Source: Fonticula alba ATCC 38817 | Lineage: Eukaryota; Protista; Nucleariida | NCBI GenBank assembly: GCA_000388065.2 | Contig: KB932202.1 | DNA length: 6,326 nt | Strand: one strand, 5' to 3' | Shown: positions 1 to 6,326 of the stretch, piece by piece | Numbering within the stretch: the stretch's first letter is position 1 | How the letters are laid out: each line of letters begins with the position of its first letter | Notes under the pieces: model-generated | Seen by the model: the letters and a program-made list of their open reading frames with translations, nothing else | The model's database searches: none | Told to the model about the DNA's origin: nothing | Program-made: the position numbers and the translations under genes

Positions 1-41
1 GCGGTCCCTAACCAGTAGTAAGATTTCCGGTATAGCTTCCG

Positions 42-353
42 TCAAAGCTTCACTCCTTTGACGTAAGACTGGATCCGTGAGAACCCTGCTACAGGAGCCG
101 CGCCGTCCAGGATGCACACGATCTCCGTGGAGGGGAGCCGCGGCGGATGGCCGGGCGTGGGGGGGGGCTGGTGCTTGGCGGCGGCGGCGGAGGGCGTCGA
201 GCCGAAGAGCGCCGCGCCCATGCTGCCGCTGATGCCGGCTCCGAAGCCAGTCCTCCCGCCGTTGGGGGTGGGGACCGGCATGGCGACAGCGGCCGGCCGA
301 TCCTCGATCGATGGCGGGGCCGAGTGGTAGGCGCTACCGGCCTCCGGGTAGCC

Positions 354-401
<48 letters not shown>

Positions 402-2261
402 GGAGGAGGAGGCACTGCCGCCATTGCCATCGGCCACAGGGCCCCCAGCCGAAGCCGAGGAGCCAGGGGCCGCAGAGCGACCGGCCGGCGCGGCCCCCCC
501 CCCGACAGGACGAGTGGCCCCGGCGGCAAAGATCTCCGCCGAGGACATCCCCGCCAGCGAGGACGGGCTGAGCATGCTGAGCGGCGAGAAGGGCGAAGTG
601 GCCGGGGCCGAGGCAGGCACAGAGTCAGAGCCAGGGGGCCCGGCTGTGACTGGGGCCGCCACGGGCTCGGCCGCGAGCGGCGACGAGGGCGACGCCGACT
701 GGGAGCCCGGCCCTCGGTCCGCGGGAGCCGCCGCCGCCGCCGCCGCCGCCGCCGATGCATCGAGCCCCGGAGACAAGGACATGGTGGTGGGGTGCTGGAC
801 ATTGAAGGTGAGCCCGGCCGAGGCTGGGGCCGCCGGCTGGCCCGGGGCCGAGACCACGCTGAAGCTGGCCACCGGCGAACCGGGGACCGGCCGCGAAGCC
901 GGGGCCACGGCCGCCGCAGAGGCAGTCACCCCAGCGCCACAGGGGGCCGGCTCGGCCAGGGGAGCCAGCGGCGCAGGGATGAATCGCGCCGCCCCGGCCG
1001 GCGGATCGGACACCCCGCCACCGGCGCCACATCCGGCTCCCGGGCCGGAGCCGGGCAGGGTGGTGGCGCCCGGCCCGCCGATGGCCGGATGGTGCGCCGA
1101 CAGGCCGCCGGCGGCCGGGACCGCCAACGAGCCGCGGTATGGCGGCGGGGCCGGCTGGAAGGTGTCCGCCCGGGCAAAGGGCGAAGTCCCGGTCCCCAGC
1201 ATCATGCCACCGCCGCTGGCGCCAATACCCACAACACCACTGGGGTAGCTGCCAAAGGTCCCGACCCCGAAGGAGGACGACATCGGGGTGGTGCCGAGCC
1301 CGCCCGGGGCCTGGGCCGCGCGGAAGGTGTCCAGAGTCAGCGTGGAGAGGCTCTGCGAGAGCTGGATGTCAAAGTCCGGGAAGACCAGCCGGCCGTCGGC
1401 CTCCGGGCTCCGGGCCACCGAGCCGAAGCCACACGACCGGACGCCGGCGCTGAAGATGCACAGGGGAGTGCCCCAGGTGAGCGGGGCCCCGGCGGTCGGG
1501 GCCCCAGACCGGGTCCCGGCCCGCGGCGGGCCCACCGTCACATTCACCGACACCAGGGTGCTGGCCGGCAGCAGATGCGGGAAGTGGGCGAACTCCTGCG
1601 CCAGCCCCGAGGGCGAGTGGCGCAGAAGCCAGCTCTCATCAAGGGCATGCAGGGCCGCCAGCGGCGAGGAGGTGACCGACGCCAGGGCCACATCTTGCGG
1701 CGAATGCGGCGACTGGCTGCCGGCGGACGAGGCCCCGGACGAGGCCCCGGGAAGTAGGAAGAGATCCCCGCTGACGGAGTCCGACGGGCCAGCCCCGACG
1801 GCCAGCCCGGCGGCCGGGCCATCCGCCAGGTCCACCTCCTCCCCCGGGGGAGGGTGCGGCAGGAGCCGCGCCCCGGGGCCCGGGGGCCCTGCCGCGGCAC
1901 CCGACTCGCCCAGGCCGCCGGTGCTCCACGACACCGGATTGGCACTGGGCGAGTGCAGGTGCGCCGGATGCCGGTCGGCGCCGGCCTCAGGCTCCAGGGC
2001 CTCGACCAGGTCCAGTGAGGAGGCCACCTGCTGCGGGGCCGCCATCCCCGGCCCGGGGCCATCCCCGGCCCCCCGGCCGGAGGCCGAGCCCGCCAGCGAC
2101 TCGGTGGAAGACGAGTCCCGGAGCAGGGTATCTAGGTGGAACTTCCGGCCAAACGAAACCAAGGCCGCACGCTTGCTGAAGCTCGGGCTGTTGGGGGTGG
2201 CGACAGCCGGGGTGGGCAGGGCCTCGGTCACGGGCTGGGACCCGGTCGCCGTCACGGCCGT

Positions 2262-2294
<33 letters not shown>

Positions 2295-2705
2295 GTCCGG
2301 GCTGGACGACAGCGACTCACTGGGGTCCTGGGTCAGCTGGTGCCGCAACCACCAAGACCGCAGGGCCAGGAAGAGCAGGGTCCGGCCGAAGTTGGTCACG
2401 GCCGCCGGGTCCTCGGGCCGAGCGCCGGCAGGCCCGGACCCGGCAACCACCGGGGGAGGGGGGGCACGCGAGCTGCCGCGCGTCCGGCCGCCGCCGGCCC
2501 CGGTGTACATCAACATCCAGGGGGCCGTTTCCGGGCTGGGATGCGGGTGGAGCAGCTGGTGGTGCGTCAGGTGGACCGGCCGCGTCAGAGCCCCCTCCCC
2601 GGGTCCGGTCGGCCGCAAGGGGAACACCGTGTCCGGTCGGAGGAGCTCCGCTGTCGAGCGCTTGCCATTGAACACCTGGCTCGGGTTCAAGTGAACGACA
2701 AGGCT
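42..2705 (-). CDS. WDR48: Coding exon 8 (2664 nt incl. TGA): post-propeller and DUF3337/SUMO-like region with large low-complexity insertions
   Basis: Acceptor atgcag|AGC. The frame is open for 887 codons and contains NFGRTLLFLALRSWW and LTLDTFR. TGA at 44-42. Confidence 0.78.
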
Positions 2706-5264
2706 CTGCATGCGCACATGGGGGGGGGGGGGAGCCATGTGTGTGCGTGTGCGTGAGGGGGGAGGAAGGGGAGAGGGAGAGGGAGAGGGTCAAACAAAGG
2801 CCGGGGGGTGGGAAAAAAGTCCGGAGGAGGGAGAAGCAGAACAAATGCGCGAGGGGAAGAGAGGGAGGGAAAGGGCCAAAAGGACCGAAAGAGATCGGGG
2901 GGCGGGGGGGGGGGGGGGGGGGGGGGGAAGGCCGCAGGGGGGGGCACGGGGGGGAACGCACACCAAGACACGAAAGCACCGGATACGAGGGGGGGGGCGG
3001 CGGGCCATGCTGGTTTTTGCTGCTGAGGATGCAGTCGAACCGATGCTCGAAGGCCAGCTCCCGGCGCACTGCCGGATCAAAGGAGGCAAACTCCTGCCGA
3101 GTGAACTGCGACATCGGGGGGAGCCGCGCATCCGAGGTCGACACATCCACCGGCAGCATCTGGCCGCTGAAGAGACACAACAGAGAAAAGTTGTGGTCGC
3201 CAGTTTCCACCAGCACCGCCGGGGTCAGGTGCGTCGTCAGGGGGGCCGCGCGGATGATCGTCCCGGCTGGATCCGGCACCAGGCAATAGCTCGGCGGCAC
3301 GCAGGGCGGGAGATCCCCCGGCAGGCGGACCCCCGGCAGGGGGGCTGAGATCGAGGCAGTTGGAAGAACTGTCTCGCCGTGAGGGCCGGCCGAGCCGGTG
3401 GGGAAGGCCTCCCGGCCTCCGGCAGCCGGGGCCGGAGAATCAAACATGGTCACATTGCCGATCGTGTCCGACGCCCAGAGGCGCCAGGACTGCTGGTCGG
3501 GCGGCAGCTGGCCCGGCGGCCCAGGGGGCGTTTGCTCGACAAAGTGTAGCTGGAGGTGCGCACAATGGCCCGGCGAAGGCCGGATGGTGGTGGCGTGTGA
3601 GTTTCGCTTGGATGCGTCTGAGGGAGAGGGAGGCATATGGGGAGGGGGAGAAGGACGTGGATGGGAGAAAAAAGAGAAAAAGGAGGAGGGCAAGAGGAAG
3701 AAAGGGATGGTTCGATGGAGAGGGGGGGGGAGAAGGAAGGGAGTCGCACATCCAGCACCGGGGCCGCCTGGGTGGGGAAGGTGGCCAAAAGGGTGCTCTC
3801 GGAGGGGAAAATGTCAAACTGGAAGGCCGAGGCACTGGCCGCCGGCGGGTGGCATGGGGCAAAGTCCTGGATGAGAATGCGCCCGGCGCGGTCGGCCGAT
3901 GCCACAAGGCCAAACCCGGCGGGGGAGCTCTGAAAGGCCAGGCGACGGAGAAAAGACCCCGACCGGATGGGGTCAGCAAACGCGAGACACCGGCGACCAA
4001 GCAGAGGGATGTCCCCTGCACATGCGCGTGTGTGCGTGAGCGCGTGTTCGTACCAAGATCGGCGACAGGGCCGTGATCGAAGACCGATGGAAATGCGAGG
4101 TAGCCAGGGGCTGGGTGACATTGCGCAGGTCCCACAACCGAACGGCGCCCTCGGAGGAGCCGGTGAGCATCTGTACCAGGGATGGGCCCGGCGGAAGCCG
4201 CCCAGCAAGACACAGGTCAGACACGGAGCAGAAGGGGCAGCGGGCGGGGACAAATGGCCAGGGACCCATGGCGCACCCAAAGGCCGCTGGCATCTAGCGC
4301 CAGGCAGCGGATCTGGTCCGATGGGTCACCAAGGTGGATGACCGGCTGAGAGCTCTGAGAATAGCTGAACACCGAGGCGTACAGGCCGGAAGAGGTGGCC
4401 AAAATGTCGCCCGTGGCACTGGTGGCCAGTGGGCAAGGAAGACACAGTCCCGACTCGTGGAACACGCCTGTGCGCATGGGAGGGGTTGCACATGTTCGTG
4501 TGTTCATGCATGGGTATGTGAGAGGCAGAGAGGCAGAGAGGCAGGGAGGGCAGGGAGGGCAGGGAGGAGGAAAGAATATGTGCGGAGTAACGGGGGCCAG
4601 CAAGAGGTCGGCGATGGAAGGGCGGCAAAGGATGGCAAAGGACCCGGCACGCACGGGTCGGGTCACAGGAAACCGAGAGGCTGGACGGCGGGGAGGTGGC
4701 CACCGCGACCAGGGTCTCCAGGTCCCACATGGAAATGGACTTGTCCAAGGACGCGGTATATGCCAGGCCGGACTGCTGGCGGGGCACAACCACGCGCATG
4801 GCGAAGTCTCGGTGGTGCTGGAGCAGGCTCAGCGGCCGCAGGGCCTTCGGAGTGCCCGGGGCAGGGGACCCAATGTAGCTCCCGGCCCTGGGGGCATCAC
4901 TGAGCTCCGAGTACACCCGACGGACATCCCAGATGCCGATGGTGGAGTCGGATGACACCGAGAGCACTGTGGACAGGGGCAGGGGGGCGGAGGGGGAGCG
5001 AGATGTAAATGGTCGGCCACAGGAGAAGGACATGCATGCGAGTGTGAGCGTTTGCGCGCAGGCGCCGGCTGAAGCGTGTGCGGGCGGTGTGCGCCGTTGG
5101 GGCATTCCGGCGAAGAGACGCACTGTTTTGGCCGTGGTTGAAGTGGGCTATGTCGTTCACCCAGTCAGAGTGGCCGCTCAGGACAAAAGATGACTGCAGG
5201 TGATGATGATGAGGAGGAGGAGGAGGAGGAGGAGGATGGACAGGGGGTTAAGACTGGCAAAAAA

Positions 5265-5295
<31 letters not shown>

Positions 5296-5922
5296 CAGAG
5301 GCAGACCGGGCAGAAGGGGGAGGCGGCGCACCTGCGACGGGGTGGTGGGCAGATCGCCGGGCGACGGGGCCGAAGGCACGTCCCACACGCGGATGGTCGA
5401 GTCACGGCAGGCACCGAACAGGTGTGACCGGCCGACGGACAGATCAGCCGCCGAAAAGGAAGCCAGGCGCCCAATCGGCCGGCCATGGCGTCCGGAGAAG
5501 CCGGGCGCATTGTATGTGATGCTCACGGTGGAGGTCAGACGCCGGTGTGCCAGAGTCGGGTCCAGCGTGGTAATGGGGCAGGGGCGCCGGCTGGGGTCGC
5601 GCCGGCTGGCGGCCCCGGAACCGCCGACCCCATCAAGGCTGGCCGGCCCGCCGCCGATGGATGCGGCCCCCGGACCGGTGTAGTTGGCGGCGGCCGAGGA
5701 GGTGTGCAGGAAGGGAAATTCATTGGCGAAAACACGCTGGACCACCGAGCTGCAAAGCAGCCGCGGAGGGGTGATGGCCGTGGCTAAGGTGTGCTGCAGC
5801 CCGGCCAGGTCGGCCTCCGGCAGGATGGCGGCCGGCTGGTCACCAGCCGGGGGGGCCGGCCCTGCGGGCCGGTCTTTCGGCCGGCCGGACAGCCGGGGGA
5901 AGCGAACCATATCGTCTTGCAT
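42..5922 (-). CDS. WDR48: WD repeat-containing protein 48 / UAF1-like deubiquitinase cofactor; 8 coding exons, about 1570 aa
   Basis: The spliced translation matches WDR48 motifs in order: HLFGACRDSTIRVWD (human RLFTAGRDSIIRIWS), GHSDWVNDI (HHTDWVNDI), LSVSSDSTIGIWD, HHRDFAMRV..TASLDKSISMWDLETL (HKDYVKAL..SAGLDRQIFLWDVNTL), MLTGSSEGAVRLWDL (CLSGSSDGTIRLWSL), APVLD (APVLK), LGSLVVHLNPSQVF, NFGRTLLFLALRSW (NLGGLLLQALLEYW). Exon lengths sum to 4713 nt with no internal stop. Confidence 0.88.
355..399. repeat. (CTG)15 / (CAG)15 coding microsatellite; with the adjacent (TCC)4 it encodes Ser19
   Basis: Counted directly. Confidence 0.97.
727..753. repeat. (GCC)9 coding repeat (poly-Ala 9)
   Basis: Counted directly. 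Confidence 0.95.
1725..1748. repeat. Perfect 12-nt tandem duplication (GGACGAGGCCCC)2 encoding GASS-GASS
   Basis: Read directly. Confidence 0.9.
2266..2292. repeat. (GCC)9 coding repeat (poly-Ala 9)
   Basis: Counted directly. Confidence 0.95.
2897..2954 (+). repeat. Homopolymer cluster G6-C-G24 ... G8 ... G7 in intron 7
   Basis: G24 at 2904-2927, G8 at 2937-2944, G7 at 2948-2954. Confidence 0.93.
2962..3549 (-). CDS. WDR48: Coding exon 7 (588 nt): last WD40 blades and start of the post-propeller region
   Basis: Acceptor ctccag|CTA and donor GGT|GTGCGT (phase 0). Encodes RLWASDTIGNVTMFD and AVLVETGDHNFSLLCL. The junction gives LG|SLVVHL, which is WDR48-like. Confidence 0.82.
3750..3929 (-). 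CDS. WDR48: Coding exon 6 (180 nt): VASADRAGRILIQDF...APVLD
   Basis: Acceptor cctttcag|AGC with an upstream GCTGAC branch-like site and pyrimidine tract. Donor GAT|GTGCGA (phase 0). Confidence 0.83.
4054..4170 (-). CDS. WDR48: Coding exon 5 (117 nt): MLTGSSEGAVRLWDL...ITALSPIL
   Basis: Acceptor gtacag|ATG and donor TTG|GTACGA (phase 0). Clear WD motif. Confidence 0.88.
4277..4467 (-). CDS. WDR48: Coding exon 4 (191 nt): divergent WD40 repeat 4 and start of repeat 5
   Basis: Acceptor gcacag|GC and donor TGG|GTGCGC (phase 0). Encodes DQIRCLALDASG. Confidence 0.85.
4520..4567. repeat. Compound minisatellite (GAGAGGCA)3 then (GGGAGGGCA)2+ in intron 3
   Basis: Read directly. Confidence 0.9.
4655..4966 (-). 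CDS. WDR48: Coding exon 3 (312 nt): WD40 repeats 2-3
   Basis: Acceptor ccacag|TG and donor C|GTGCGT (phase 1). Encodes LSVSSDSTIGIWD and ASLDKSISMWD. Confidence 0.88.
5124..5193 (-). CDS. WDR48: Coding exon 2 (70 nt): SSFVLSGHSDWVNDIAHFNHGQN
   Basis: Acceptor cctgcag|TCA and donor A|GTGCGT (phase 1). HSDWVNDI is nearly identical to WDR48. Confidence 0.88.
5200..5294. repeat. Compound microsatellites in intron 1: (GAT)n, (GAG)8, A9, (AG)12
   Basis: (GAG)8 at 5211-5234, A9 at 5259-5267, (AG)12 at 5271-5294. Confidence 0.92.
5332..5922 (-). CDS. WDR48: Coding exon 1 (197 aa): N-terminal extension plus first WD40 repeat
   Basis: ATG at 5922 is the first minus-strand ATG in the window. RRLTSTVSITYN and HLFGACRDSTIRVWD are present. 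Ends CAG|GTGCGC, phase 0. Confidence 0.8.
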
Positions 5923-5947
5923 GAGCGCGGCGGCGGGATCCCTCGCT

Positions 5948-6064
5948 CTATGTGCGTGTGCTTGTATGTGCGTGTGGCGGCTTCGTGTGCTTGTTTCCCT
6001 TCACCAGGCAGCGCCTATGCGTGCGTGGGTGTGTAAGGGTGAGCAGGGGGGGGGGGGTGCGTAC
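5948..6064 (-). other. Probable 5' UTR intron (117 nt)
   Basis: Donor GTACGC fits this gene's GTRCG consensus. It is followed by C12, CA/GC-alternating tracts like those in the coding introns, and a cacatag acceptor 25 nt before the ATG. Confidence 0.5.
5949..5976. repeat. 12-nt unit TATGTGCGTGTG repeated with a 16-nt period at the UTR-intron acceptor
   Basis: Copies at 5949-5960 and 5965-5976. Confidence 0.88.
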
Positions 6065-6326
6065 GCCGCGCCTACTCGTGATGGATCGACGCGCGCTAAG
6101 CCGAAACCCCGGGGGAATGAGGCGCTCTGCTGGGAAAGATGGGTGAAGACCGACCGCAGGGGGAAGGGGGAGGGGAGCCAGGCGGGGGGCCTCCAGCTCC
6201 GACACTTGGCGGCCGTGGTGGCGGCAGTGGGACTGGGGGCCGCCAGGGGAGGGGAGGGGGGGGCGGGCGGGCGACGAGGAAAATAAGGAGGACGCCGACA
6301 AACAGGAGAAGGACAGAGGGAGAGAG
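6065..6326 (-). promoter_or_regulatory. Putative 5' UTR / proximal promoter, pyrimidine-rich and ATG-free, with GC-box-like GGGCGG overlaps at about 6261-6270
   Basis: No minus-strand ATG in 5923-6326; CT-rich. The TSS cannot be placed from sequence. Confidence 0.35.

Noticed and set aside
42-53. C-terminal VKL as a peroxisomal PTS1
   Set aside because: Val at -3 is outside the (S/A/C)(K/R/H)(L/M) consensus, and peroxisomal targeting does not fit WDR48 biology.
45-76. HindIII (45-50) and BamHI (71-76) sites suggesting vector sequence
   Set aside because: There is no polylinker or recognisable vector sequence, and GGATCC also occurs elsewhere in the window.
1-120. Structured RNA gene (tRNA, snRNA, TPP riboswitch, SECIS) in the low-GC end
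   Set aside because: I found no cloverleaf, box motifs or riboswitch core, and nothing beyond one hairpin. An Infernal/Rfam scan would settle it.
147-2694. Long plus-strand ORFs (147-1757, 424-1248, 1288-2694) as antisense genes
   Set aside because: They are shadows of a GC-rich, Tyr- and Leu(TTA/CTA)-poor coding exon in which antisense stops are rare. The products are repetitive R/G/P sequence with no recognisable domain.
42-2738. The 898-aa ORF as a standalone gene starting MAPPPPHV
   Set aside because: Its first 11 codons are intron 7 sequence (C13 run, gcatgcag acceptor). The frame is the last exon of the WDR48 gene.
2962-2979. Alternative in-frame donor GTGCTT at 2979, 18 nt upstream of the chosen donor
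   Set aside because: It fits GTRCG poorly and would remove VLSCLG, which completes the WDR48-like LG-SL-x-x-HL motif. It cannot be fully excluded.
5190-5519. Acidic or basic poly-E, poly-R and ER-repeat ORFs on the plus strand
   Set aside because: They are translations of intron 1 microsatellites on the non-coding strand.
1-6326. CRISPR array, transposon or prokaryotic defence system
   Set aside because: There are no regularly spaced repeats with unique spacers, no terminal repeats and no transposase or RT motifs. The spliced gene explains nearly the whole window.

Overview
GC-rich eukaryotic genomic DNA containing one intron-containing, minus-strand protein-coding gene: a divergent, greatly lengthened WDR48/UAF1 (USP1-associated factor 1; fungal Bun107/Duf1) homolog. 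Splicing by hand gives 8 coding exons (5922-5332, 5193-5124, 4966-4655, 4467-4277, 4170-4054, 3929-3750, 3549-2962, 2705-42). All seven introns are GT-AG, phases are consistent, and the total is 4713 nt = 1570 aa + TGA, versus 677 aa for human WDR48. The extra length is mostly Pro/Ala/Gly/Ser low-complexity insertion. Upstream lies an ATG-free, pyrimidine-rich putative 5' UTR with a probable intron. Introns are C-rich on the mRNA strand, use GTRCG donors and carry microsatellites. The style suggests a GC-rich protist such as Fonticula alba (unverified inference). I see no mobile element, RNA gene or CRISPR array, and I cannot support a new multi-gene system. The best leads are: a stop codon in a hairpin with a UGA-CGG readthrough context, a C-terminal ubiquitin-like domain apparently split by about 400 aa, a partly eroded USP-binding face, and unusual intron signals. 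Comparisons with human WDR48 use the sequence as I recall it, not a database search.
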